Origin: Squalus acanthias
Taxonomy: Eukaryota
Length of the DNA: 64,000 bases
Direction of reading: 5' to 3'
Assembly (NCBI GenBank): GCA_030390025.1
Contig: JASTWF010000036.1
Coordinates: forward strand, 2,418,001-2,482,000
Every line of letters starts with the position of its first letter. Position 1 is the stretch's first letter. This document shows, piece after piece, positions 13,224 to 25,111 of this stretch. The notes beneath the pieces were generated by a model. The model was not told where the DNA came from and did not search any database. It worked only from the letters and a program-made list of their open reading frames with translations. A program made the position numbers and the translations under genes.

Positions 13224-14876
13224 ATATATATTATAGGGAAATAACATGCATTATGTGTCATTTAGAGAATGATCATTGATTCACTGAGCAACATTAGTAA
13301 CAAATGTGTTTGTGAAATTCCTGTCTGCTAGTCAACAAAGATGTTAACCTGTTTAGTTGAAATAAGTTAACACCATGAAAGTAGCAGACAGGACTTTCAT
13401 AAAAACTCATTCATGGGTTTGAATTCAGCTTCTAAGTCTTCAAAATCTGGTGTGCAAGATCTCATATTGTCTAAATATTGGTGAGTAAACTGCACTTCTA
13501 GGGTTTTTACCGGAATGGCAACCATAAAATGACAGCAACTTATATATAGAGGTGCAAATTAAATACTGGAATTTACAGCAGCTGTATTTGCAATTTCAAA
13601 GTTTGAAAGTAGTTGTATTAAGAAAATGTGCTCTTCCGTTATCCCATGGTGAAAAGTACCTGTCAGAACGTTAACATTGGCCGCAGTTACTGAAGGAATT
13701 CCTCTGGCAGATTTAAGGGAAGCATTGCATTGAGGATGCCCATCACAGATCTGAATGGGGTCCACTGTTCTGCAGCATTCCAGACTAAAATCTGCCATTT
13801 AAATCATAGGCAAACATTTTTACACATAGCTTTATGAAGTCAACACCTTCTTTCTTCAGCAAACACCCATATTTGATATGGCAACTTAATCATTTGGGAA
13901 AAGGTCTACATATTAAGATCAATGTTACAATAAAACAACCCACCACAGTCAACAGATTTGCATGGACAAATCCTTCAAACAGTGAAAACTAAATCACAGA
14001 CTGTACCTTTGGTGACAGAGCTAAAATTCCACATGATTACAATACCATAAAACATACTTTGCCATAAGTTAACATTCAAATTATTTAGGGAGAGGACATT
14101 GAAAGATGGTTAGTGGAGAAGGTTACATTATAAACTGCCTCTTAATTTTTCTTTACACAGCAATAAAATACAAACTAATGTTTTTATGAATATTGGACAA
14201 CAATTGGCTTCAATTTCTGTATAATGAATTTACAAGTGAAAGCACTGCATCTCCAGCTTGCATTCACTATTAATAACTCTTGCTGCCACTCTCAAAATGT
14301 ACTGAGATTTCGTTGTTAAAAGCAGTTTTATATTTTTAGAAGGCTTCATTTGAAAGTATGTTTGCCTCTGGAAAAAAATGAGCAAAATATTAATGATATA
14401 GGGGTCCAGTACTCCATGTTATTTATGGAAAAAAGAAATGCGTCAGGCTTTGTTTAGCCCAGTAGGCCTCTTGGAGAACTGGCCTGGAATTAAGATTCAG
14501 GCCTCCTTCAGGTTCTCACTGAAGACTACTAACCTACTGACCAAAAACCCCCATCACTTAACCAATTTCTTTGTCAGAATAAGCCCTACAGTCACCCAAT
14601 TAGCCACTTGGTGGCACCTCATTGACATAGCTCTTACATGCACTTTAGATTAGTTTACGAGACCAAGCCTCATCCTCACAGTACATTTTGGCAAGACTGG
14701 CACTTATAGTTCTCTACACCTTAAATGCATTATACTGGATTAAACACATATTATTCTTTGACCACTAAGTGAGACACTACAGAACCAGACTTCAGTATTT
14801 CATACTCCACCCCACCGCCCCCCCACCCCCACCCCCCGAAAGTTCTCAAAAAGTACAAAAAAGGCTGGATACATAC

Positions 14877-15050
14877 ATCCACAATCAGGAAGTCCAGCCA
14901 GCACCATGCATTCGTGAAGTACTTTTGAAATCCATAGGCCACCCACTTCAACAACATTTCAAGGATGAAGATATACGTGAAGATCTTGTCAGCGTACTCA
15001 AGGATGATCCGGACTGTCTTTCTTTGTTCAATGTAAATATCCTCAAAAGC
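14877..15050 (-). CDS. SCN8A: Nav1.6 exon, DIII S2-S3 ([11 protein letters not shown]...[10 protein letters not shown])
   Basis: 174 nt. Acceptor TTTTCAG|GCT, donor GAT|GTATGT. Confidence 0.96.
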
Positions 15051-15564
15051 CTGAAAAAAAGACAGTTTTAAAACTGTATAGCAATTGCTTTTAAAAAAAA
15101 ATGTAAACAAATTCTTCTAAATGCACCAGCTTGTGCCAAGGTTTACATCCACAGGTGTCAGCTGCCCTCTGCTTCCTTACTTCATGAGTGTTGGCAGCGT
15201 ATTCAACGGGAGGGGGAGGGGGGGGGGTGCAGTAAATCATAGTTCACCTCATTGTCTTGTCTTTGCCTGATGCACTATCCAGCAGCAGTCACTTTGGCTG
15301 ATTTTCCCCATCCCTAGGAGACTACTGTAACACCCCAACGAGTGCCCTGGCTCAGATCAGATAACTTAGCACAGACTGGGGATTAAAGCTGTAACGTGCC
15401 TGGTTTGTGTGACTCACTTTCACGCCAAGTGGTGCATTTACCAGCTGATCCACGGGGGAGGTCTTTTCAACAGTTTATTTATGCCTGACTCATTAGTAGC
15501 AAATACAGTCATGCCATGTAACAGTACACAAAAATCTCATTTAAAACCTGACTTGATCAATTCA

Positions 15565-16020
15565 AAGATTTACTAGAAGGATACCAGAATGGAGAGGTTT
15601 TACAGATCAGGAAAGATTGAACAGGCTCTATAAAAGAGAAAACTGAGGGGTGACCTGATAGAGGTCTTCAAGATTATGAAAGGGTTTGATAGGGTAGATG
15701 TAGAGACCAGAACTAGGGGCCATCAGTATAAGATAGTCACTAATAAATCCAATATGGAATTCAGGAGAAACTTCTTTACCCAGAGAGTGGTGAGAATGTG
15801 GAACTCGCTACCACAGGGCGTGGTTGAGGCGAATAGCAAAGATGCATTTAAGGGGAATCTAGATAAACACATGAGGGAGAAAGGAATAGAAGGATATGTT
15901 GATAGGATTAGATGAAGAGGTGTGCGAGGAGGCTCGTGTGGAGCAGAAACACTGGCACGGAGCAGAGGGGCCAAATGGCCTGTTTCTGTGCTGTAAATAC
16001 TATGTAATACTTTGTAATTA
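15565..16020 (+). mobile_element. CR1 LINE 3' fragment
   Basis: KGFDRVD..TRGHQYKI...FFTQRVVRMWNSLP peptide plus 3' UTR. Confidence 0.9.
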
Positions 16021-16159
16021 AGGATTTGAAATTGTATACCAGAGATTGCAATTGGTAATAAAAAAATTAAAAATTAGATTTATGTGCAAGAACAAATCTA
16101 GTTATAATTTAATAACCGACTAATTGAGATGTAAAAATCTCCCCCCCTCTACGGCCAGT

Positions 16160-16510
16160 GGGAAGAGACCAGCCTGTGTGATACCGCGCCATACAGAATT
16201 AGAAGGTCCTAGGTTCAAATCTTCTTTTTGTGTCTAATTAGTTGATCTCATCTAGGGCTGCACTTGGTCAAAGTGTCCCTGGATTAGGGAGGTGAAAAAT
16301 CAGCCTGGGTTCCTACTGCTACTCACTGTCCAAAGACCCTGCTGGAAACGTATGTTGACTTTCGGTGAGGCTCAGTTGCGATGGTGCCACAGTCAAATAG
16401 CTACTGACTTCACTGACTGGGTGCACTCATGAAGAATGACCACTTGGACAAGATATCGGAGGGCATCTGGTGCTTGTGGGACTTGGATCACAGCAACAGC
16501 CAGCAACTTC
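16160..16510 (+). mobile_element. SINE-like dispersed repeat (unnamed family, core CCCTGCTGGAAA)
   Basis: B-box-like GGTTCAAAT head. Homologous reverse-orientation copies at ~4900-5150, 15170-15460, 32500-32720, 34290-34480, 37040-37285, 50030-50285 and 57100-57400. Confidence 0.65.
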
Positions 16511-16691
16511 AGCAAAGAAGGAGAAAAATACTTGCAAATACAGCCAGCACATGAAGCTGTGGTTCGAAGAAAACAGGTATTTGTGGCTCAGCTTGAGAAT
16601 ACAAAGTACTGCCTTTCTTTTGGTTAACTGATGGTGCACCTGTGTATTTGTTGTCCGAGTGCTAATTCTGCTCTCGTCCACAAGAACTTAC

Positions 16692-16846
16692 CAGTGCTCC
16701 ACTGCTGAGTAGAATCATAAAAACGATGAAGGTTTCAAACCAGTTATGTTCCACTATCAAAAAGCAGGTCTTTCGCAAAGTCCACCATGGTTTGCCCCAG
16801 CCTTCTTCGATGCTGACCTGACAACATTTAAACCGTTGCACACAAC
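16692..16846 (-). CDS. SCN8A: Nav1.6 exon, end of DII-DIII loop and DIII S1 ([11 protein letters not shown]...[16 protein letters not shown])
   Basis: 155 nt, phase 1/0. Acceptor GACAG|GT, donor CTG|GTAAGT. Confidence 0.96.
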
Positions 16847-17019
16847 CTGTCGAAAATAAAAACAACACACAGCTGTAAGAGTACTGGGCAGGATTATTTA
16901 GCAGTTAATTGGCTCACACGCCTTGGCTGTTCAGCTGTGGTGACCATTTTGTTCAAGTACATAGTCCAATTTCTGAATCTACACTTTTGGACAAATGTTA
17001 TTTCATCTGACAAGCCTAT

Positions 17020-17720
17020 CCCTTTTTGATTAATTTCAATCGTAGCTACCTGCCTCCTCACCAGATCCCTAATTTCTTGTTACTCCAAGAACACATCTAC
17101 ATTCCTCTTGAACTCATTTTATGCAATTTGCTTCAATGGCCTTTCCTGATCCACAAGTCAATTAACCTTTGTGCAAAAAAGCTCCACCTGACTTCCTTTT
17201 TTCAAACTTCAAAACTTTTAACGTGCATCCTCCAATATTTAAACCCATTGCCCAAAGTAAACAATTTCCCTCAATCAATTTAGTCCATTGCCTTCTTGAT
17301 GTTGAAAACTTCAGTTAGGTCGGTCAAACATTTCTCTTGCTCTACATTGCTTGCTCCTCAAAAATTAAATTCCTGATACCTGGGATTATCTTGTTTGTTT
17401 CTGAACCAGTCTGCAAGTAATAATATCCTTCCTCTAATTCGGTGAACGTCACATAGCAATCTAGATAGAGTCCAACCAACATCTTATACAGCAACAATAC
17501 AGCCTCTTTTGTATTCTATCTTAACACAAACCAATCGCCTACTTGCACATTTAACTACAGTGAAGTATTGCATTGACAAAACTACTTTTAACACATGCTT
17601 CAATACTAATTATTTTACACTTATCCACATTGAACAGCATTTGCCACCTACTGGCCCAGTATGTCCTTGAAATGATGGCTGAGCTGCTTACTACTTTAAC
17701 AAGTTGAATCATCAGGACAA
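17020..17720 (-). mobile_element. Old degenerate CR1 fragment
   Basis: Weak similarity to the CR1 RT-to-3' end region seen in younger copies in this window. Confidence 0.55.
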
Positions 17721-17869
17721 TGTCTATTTAAGAAAGTGAGAGAGCATGAAGAAGAATAGGCTGTCTTGCCTAGTTCTTGCACAGACAACATACAATCCAC
17801 TCTACCCCAACCCATTCATCTCCAGCAATGCTAATTGTGATTTTACAAAGTTGTGTACTCAGCCCCCAC

Positions 17870-17990
17870 CATCAGTGAAGCACGCGTCAGGGTCCAAGTA
17901 CTCTTCAGGTTGCTCTACTGGTGGGCCCTCGTCTCCTTCCGGCTTTATATCTATTGTACTTCCTTCCGACGAGCTGGTGTCATCCAGTTT
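17870..17990 (-). CDS. SCN8A: Nav1.6 DII-DIII loop exon ([40 protein letters not shown])
   Basis: 121 nt, phase 0/1. Acceptor TTGCAG|AAA, weak donor ATG|GTGGGG. Read manually. Confidence 0.9.
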
Positions 17991-18479
17991 CTGCAAGTTC
18001 AAGAGGCAAACAAATGAATGGCAACTTCATAACAATATGTAGTGCTAAAGCAAACTTACCCGCTCAGATCCCTTTCACATTATTTTGGATTTTAACCTGC
18101 AGGATTCTGCAGGCAGATGAGGCAGCTGCCTAAAGCAGGTGGGGGCCTCATGAGTTTATGCAAATTTGGTCCTATTACGTCAATGGGACTCCAATTACTT
18201 TTTAACCGGGGCCTGAGCGCAGAAACCACTGTGCCTTTCCCGCCAGGCTGAAGCTGGTCTGCAGCTAATTTGCAGACAGAAGGGACCTCCAAGGAAAGTG
18301 TCAAACTTTCTTACATGGAGACAGGAGGAGCAGGAATGCTCTTCTGAGCCGAACAATTAAAGTTGCAGCCTCCATTGCTCCAGACTCACCCTACCCCTAC
18401 CCTACCGTGAGACCTCCAAAAACCCCACTCTGTCAGTTATTTGCAAGTCGCTCGATCGTTCCCTGCCAACAGTTGCTCT

Positions 18480-20215
18480 TAGGAACATAGGAACCTAGGA
18501 ACAGGAGTAGGCCATTTAGCCCCTCGAGCCTGTTCTGCCATTCAATCAGATCATGGCTGATCTGCGGCCTAACTCCATATCCCTGCCTTTGGCCCCTATC
18601 CCTTAATACCTTTGGTTAACAAAAAGCTATCAATCTCAGATTTAAAATTAACAGTTGATCTAGCATCAATTGCTGTTTGCGGAAGAGAGTTCCAAACTTC
18701 TACCACCCTTTGTGTGTAGAAGTGTTTCCTAATTTCACTCCTGAAAGGTCTGGCTCTAATTTTTAGACAATGCCCCCTAGTCCTAGAATCCCCAACCAGC
18801 GGAAATAGTTTCTCTCTCTCTACCCTATCTGTTCCCCATAATATCTTGAAAACTTCGATCAAATCACCCCTTAACCTTCTAAATTCCAGGGAATACAACC
18901 CTAATTTGTGTAATCTCTCCTCGTAATTTAACCCTTGGAGTCCGGGTATCATTCTGGTAAACCTACGCTGCACTCCCTCCAAGGCCAATATATCCTTCCT
19001 AAGGTGTGGTGCCCAGAACTGCTCACAGTGCTCCAGGTGTGGTCTAACCAGGGCTTTGTGTAGCTGCAGCATAACTTCTACCCCCTTGTACTCTAGTCCT
19101 CTAGATATAAAGGCCAGCATTCCATTAGCCTTTTTGATTATTTTCTGTATCTGTTCATGACATTTTAATGATCTATGTACCGGGACTCCCAAGTCTCTTT
19201 GGACATCCACTGTTTTTAGCCTTTCACCATTTAGAAAGTACCCTGTTCTATCCTTTTTAGGTCAAAAGTGGATGACCTCACATTTGCCTACATTGAAATC
19301 CATTTGCCACAGTTTTGCTATCAATTTCTCTTTGTAATTTTATGCTTTAATCTACACTGCACCTATCTTTGTCTCATCAGCAAATTTGGATATGTGGCTT
19401 TCTATCCCATCATCCAAGTTGTTAATAAATATGGTGAATAGTTGAGGCCTCAACACAGATCCCTGCTGGTCACCACTAGTCACATCCTGACAATTAGAGT
19501 ACCTGCCCATTATCCTGTCGCTCAGCTAATTTCCTAACCAGGTCAATAATTTGCCTTCAGTTCCATGGGCTTCAATCTTAGTTAACAGTCTCTTATGAGG
19601 GACTTTATCAAATGCCTTCTGGAAGTCCAGATAAATAACATCCATAGACATTCCCCTGCTCACTACTTTAGTCACCTCTTGAAAAAATCAATCAGGTTCG
19701 TCAGGCATGACCTACCCTTTACAAATCCATGCTGGCTCTCTCTGATCAGCTGAAACATTTCAAGGTATTCAGTCACCCTATCCTTAATTATAGACTCTAG
19801 TAATTTCCTGACAACAGATGTTAGGCTAACTGGTCTATAGTTTCCTCATTTCCCTCTCACCATTCTTAAATAGTGGAGTGACATGCGCAATTTTCCAATC
19901 TAAAGGAATGGCTCCTGAATCGAGAGAACTTTGGAAAATTATAGTTAGGGCATCTGCAATGTGCTCACCTACTTCCTTTAAAACCCTGGGATGGAAACCA
20001 GCTGGTCCTGGGGATTTGTCACTCTTTAGTGCCATTATTTTCTTCATTACTGTTATTTTGCTTACGTTAATTTTGCTGAGTCCCTGTCCCTGATGCAATA
20101 TTAGCTTCCTTGGGATTTCCAGCAGATTATCCACTTCCTCTACTGTAAATACTGACGTAAAGTAATTAGTCAACATGTCCGCCATTTCTGTGCCCTCTTC
20201 CCACCACCCGTTCCG
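18480..20215 (-). mobile_element. CR1 LINE, 5'-truncated and frameshifted ORF2
   Basis: [29 protein letters not shown] and LVRPHLEHC motifs. The 3' UTR has TTCCTATGTTCCT-type repeats. Confidence 0.92.
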
Positions 20216-21169
20216 GGTGGGAATTGGAGCAGCGGAATTTAAATGAGTCCCAGGAGTTAACATATCCCGGGCCTGAAACTTCAGCCCTGCCCCTGTCTGC
20301 CTGAAACCAGAAGCTCCCAATTTATTCCTACAAGACATTTAATTCTTAACGCATGGATAAATGCAACTGACACTTTTAAATGGGAGCTGGATCAATGTGT
20401 GTTGAGAAGGTTAACAGAATCATAAAATATTACAGCACAGAAACAGGCTGTTCAACCGATCAAGTCTGTACTGGTGCTTTCTCTTCAAGAGCCACCTTGT
20501 CTAATCCCACGCTGTTCCTCGCTCCCCATAACCATTAATATTCTTCTTTGACTGTGAAAATGGTCCTACATGCACTGAAAAAAAGAAAAACCCACCCCTT
20601 TCTATCCACAAATTATTTTTGGTTAATTAGAACTCCTACAATTATGACTCTATTGTTAATAAATGCCGAGCAAATCATCTACAAATTTTGTCCTCAATCC
20701 ATAAGGATTCTATTTGGACCACTTCTCTATTTAAATTCTTATGCTCCAGTGCTATTACAGTATTTTGTTTCTAGTTGGGAAAAAAACTTCAGCCCTGAAA
20801 TACCACTGTGCATTCATCTGAAATTCCTTTCTCCACTATGTTAGCAGTGGAGTTGACCTGTTTCTGATGAATTGGGTTAAAACTTCTGCTACAATCTCAG
20901 AGAGGAATTTCAGACTATCCTGTCAACTACTTGAATGCTCAACGTAGACTTTTCAACAGAAGGTGGTTGGGGTGGGGAAAGGGAAAACCCATGATAGAGT
21001 GATCATACACGGAGTGTGAATGGAGTGGGATTGGTTAGCCTAAAGGCATTTTGTCGCGCTGAAGTTCATCTTCTGGTGTACTTGGCTGAATTCATTAATG
21101 TTAGATGGTTTAGGTTTGACAGCAAAGAAACAACGACCATGGACAAGAATCACAAATATGTTTTCTTAC

Positions 21170-21640
21170 CTCTTTGCTTCCACCAACTTCGGATTCACTG
21201 CTGAAGTCTTCAGTGTTTAGGTTTTCAAAATCTGATTCCCCAACAGCTATTGGAACTCTGACAGTAAGATTAGGGTTGTGTATAAAGGAATTGTGGTCAT
21301 CGTCAATTATGTATTTTTCCACGCTGCTCCCAATGCCACTAGTGGTGCCATTGCCATTCTTTTGGTAGTCCATTTCTCGGTTTATGTCAGCACCAGTATG
21401 GTTCCCTATGTAGTTCACTTTTTTGTCTATGAGCTCATCCAATGGTTTGGCTTCATCTGCGTCTTTGCTCTTGAAATGTTTTTGAACAAATTCGTGCCCA
21501 TATGCCTTCATGAAGGCGATTCCTTTTTTGATCCTAATCACAGACAATTGAAGGTTGTTGATCTCTCCATCATCGTCAGTCGCTGCTAGATTATCAGCAC
21601 TGAAAGAACTCAGCAGCAAGGCCAAGAACAAGTTCAGCAC
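21170..21640 (-). CDS. SCN8A: Nav1.6 exon, DII S6 and DII-DIII loop with ankyrin-G-binding motif VPIAVGESD
   Basis: 471 nt. Acceptor ATAG|GTG, donor GAG|[27 protein letters not shown] is Nav1.6-type. Confidence 0.96.
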
Positions 21641-21969
21641 CTATATTGTAACAAACATTTATCAATAATATGAAGACGACAGGATGACAGCAGGATTTCT
21701 AAACTTTGTAGCAAGCAAACTTTGCCAATTTTTTGAGAAAAATTCTGATTGTTTGGTGCACACAATTCTTTGTTGAAGCATTCTCAGACCGTCTTTAAAC
21801 CACATAAAGTTGCCTTAATTAACCCAATGAAAGCAAACCTTTGTTAAAGTATCATTCAAAGGAATTTCTTATGAACTCGTTAAGTGTTGTCACACTAATA
21901 TTCAAAGAGTCCGGTTTCAAGGCAATTGAGACCTCAGTTGCATCGAGACCAACAATGTAAAACTGGTTA

Positions 21970-22615
21970 TAAGAACATAAACATAAGAATATAAGAAGTA
22001 GGAGCAGGAGTCGGCCATTTGGCCCCTCGAGCCTGCTCCGCCATTCAATAAGATCATAGCTGATCTGATCTTGGCCTCAACTCCACTTCCCTGCCCGCTC
22101 CCCATAACCCTTGACTCCCTTACCTTTCAAAAATCTGTCTATGTCCACCTTAAATATATTCAATGACCCAGTCTCCACAGCTCTCTGGGGAAGAGAAGTC
22201 CAAAGATTCACAACCCTCAGAAGAAATTCCTCCTCATTTCCAATTTAAATGGGTGCCCTCTTATTCTGAAATCATGCCCCCTAGTTCTAGATTCCCCCAC
22301 GAGGGGAAACATCCTCTCTGCATCTACCCTGTCAAGCCCCTTCAGAATCTTATATGTTTCAATAAGATCCCCTCTCATTCTTCTAAACTCCAATGAGTAT
22401 AGGGCCAACCTGCTCAACCTTTCTTCATAAGACAACCCCTCATCTCTGGAATCAACCTCGTGAACCTTCTCTGAACTGCCTCCAATGCAAGTATATCCCT
22501 CCTTAAATAAGGAGACCAAAACTCTACGCAGTACTCCAGGTGTGGTCTCACCAACGCCCTGTACAGTTGTAACAGGACTTCCCTACTTTTATACTCCATT
22601 CCCTTTGCAATAAAG
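21970..22615 (-). mobile_element. CR1 LINE 3' fragment
   Basis: [19 protein letters not shown] peptide and TTCTTATGTT-type tail. Confidence 0.92.
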
Positions 22616-23438
22616 GTTGTTCCTCAGCATCTGATAACACTGAAGCTAGATTCGTTTTTAATATCATTAAAAGGTATAAAGGGAGATTTCCCACCACGAC
22701 ACTGCCAGCACATGTTGGGAATGCATAGCGGGAAATTGTGTACTCCAAGACTATGACTTTCTATGCCCAATGGATTGCAAATCGCAAGCTGGGGTGCACA
22801 ATTTCCCTATATGAGCTCCTAGCATACGCCAGTAGTGCCAAAGTGGAAAGTATCCCTTACAATCACCAGCAGCTCCTCAATGGATCATTGCACTCAGGAG
22901 GTATCAAATGTTGGTGGTACTGCTTTCAGTCAAAGAATGAGACATTCACATAATCAGTCAAAATTTAGGTAAAAAGTACCTTAGCAAAAAACAAATACAA
23001 ACTCAAACTCCTATGGGTTTCATTCCCTGTGTTCTATTTTTAGTACATCTCAATGCATTCTCAAATTTGTGTCTGCACTACGAACATCTAACAGATGTTA
23101 AAATGTCTATTTTAAACAGATTAACTTCAGCATTATAATTATGTAGACAGGGATTTATGCAGGAAATAATGGGTGCACTACAAAATAGGACACAGAGGAA
23201 ATTAAACCTTTTGCTTAGCTACCCACTAAAATTGACATTTCATTTTTAATTCTGGGCTTTTTCTTCTATCTAAGCTTAAAAACACCATTTACATTTTATG
23301 CAGCTTTGAGTATTTGTGACAAAGCTTTATAGTCTGCACAAAAGCAATTGCTTGGAATATCTGACACTTTCGGGCCCCACATAAAACATTAGAGGCCTTT
23401 TTTTTTGGCAAGTATTCATGTAAAAGTTTGCTACTTAC

Positions 23439-23795
23439 CACAAGATTGCCAATAACCATGACCATCATGAACACAGTGAGACACATGGTCTGGCCTGCCA
23501 CTTCCATACAGTCCCACATTGTCTCAATCCATTCACCGCACAGCACGCGAAACACGATCAAGAAAGAGTGGAAGAAGTCATTCATGTGCCAACGGGGCAG
23601 AATGCAATCTTGATTGATCTTACAGACGCAGTCCTTGTAGCTTTTACCAAAGAGCTGCATGCCCACCACGGCAAAGATGAAGACGATGATCGCCAACACC
23701 AATGTCAGGTTTCCCAAGGCACCGACAGAGTTGCCGATGATTTTTATCAACATGTTGAGTGTTGGCCAGGACTTTGCCAATTTGAACACTCTCAA
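23439..23795 (-). CDS. SCN8A: Nav1.6 exon, DII S4-S6 including pore loop ([13 protein letters not shown]...[14 protein letters not shown]...IGNLV)
   Basis: 357 nt. Acceptor TTACAG|TTG, donor GTG|GTAAGT. The selectivity-filter E of DEKA is present in CGEWIE. Confidence 0.97.
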
Positions 23796-24589
23796 CTGTA
23801 AAACAAATAGAAAGGTTGATCAACCAAACAGGTAGTGATTTCAATCGAATCATCAGAGAGGACAGAGATAATCTTAAGCAAGAAAGAATCTGCATTCATA
23901 TAGTGGCTTTCATGTCCTCAAGTCGTTCCAAAGCACTTTACAATCAATGGATTACTTTTGTAGTCACTGTTATTTTGTAGGCAAACGCAGCAAATGAGGT
24001 AAACGACAGGTTTACTCCTCCAGGTTCCATTAATGAATCAGGTAAGCTGGTCACGTTTCTGATAAACGATTACCGAGCTTGCTACAGACTTGGTTCCGAT
24101 CTTCCATCACCAAGCATGTTATCTTGGAGTTGCTTTGACCCCAAAGAGACTATGCTCCCACATATGTAATGAGATTTGCAAAGTAATCTTTGCTGCAGTG
24201 CAAGTGTTGCAGATGTCAGATGAGGAGCAGAGCAAACCTCCTGAGGCTGCCCCAGAGACTAACACAAGTGCAGAGTTTGATGACTGCTGCACACTGTGAT
24301 TGTGAGAATCTCACGTCTGGACTATTGAGAAATAATCCCAGTTGAGACTGTGCTCACGGGTATTACTCGATAGTTCTGACGTTGAGATGTGGTATCAAAA
24401 CTACAAGTTGCCTTTTTTCCCTGAAAGTTGCCATCTTGGTATAGTTACGATGTTTTTATACTTTCATTTCTAGTCATTTTCATTCTTTGTAAATTATCTG
24501 TCATTTTTGACCCACCAAGAGAGAGCGTGGTCTACTGCCAGACTGCCACCAATACTTTATGTAGCCAGCCATCACGAGTTACCAATGAC

Positions 24590-24950
24590 TACTACAAGAA
24601 CAATTTACATTCATATAGCACAATTAACAGAGAAAAAATTCCCATGACGCTTCAGGAGAGCGTTATCAGACAAAAACTGACACCGAGCCAAAGGAGGAAA
24701 CATTAAGAGGGATGACTAAAAGCTTGGTTAAAGAAGTAGGTTTTAAGGATGGGTTTTTACCAAAGAGAAAGGTGGCAAGGTTTAGGAAGGGAATTCCAGT
24801 GATTAGGACCTAGACGGCTGATGGCATGACCACCAATGGTGGGGCGAAGGGAGTGGAGTATGGACAAGAATCCAGAATTGGAGGAGCGCAGAGTTCATAA
24901 AGGTTTGTAGGAGGTCACAGAGATAGGGAACAGTGAGGCCATGGAGGGTA
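24590..24950 (-). mobile_element. L2-type LINE 3' end (related copy at ~27275-27640)
   Basis: Both copies share ATCAGACAAAA..TGACACCGAGCCA and GTAGGTTTTAA, with an L2-like terminal GCTATAT.AATGTAA motif. Confidence 0.7.
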
Positions 24951-25111
24951 GGCATGATGCCCCTCTTTCATTTTCCCTTCCACCTGCCAGCCGACACTTC
25001 AACCTCCTTTCGGCAGTGCTTGATCCTTCTGTACGCACCTTTTGCACACCTCAACACTGGGCTTTATCTTGGTCCTCTGCTCCACTATTGGTAATCGTTC
25101 ATTCAGGAAAC

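Noticed and set aside
23500-23560. Toxin-resistance substitution in the DII pore loop
   Set aside because: The sequence is the canonical [14 protein letters not shown] with no change.
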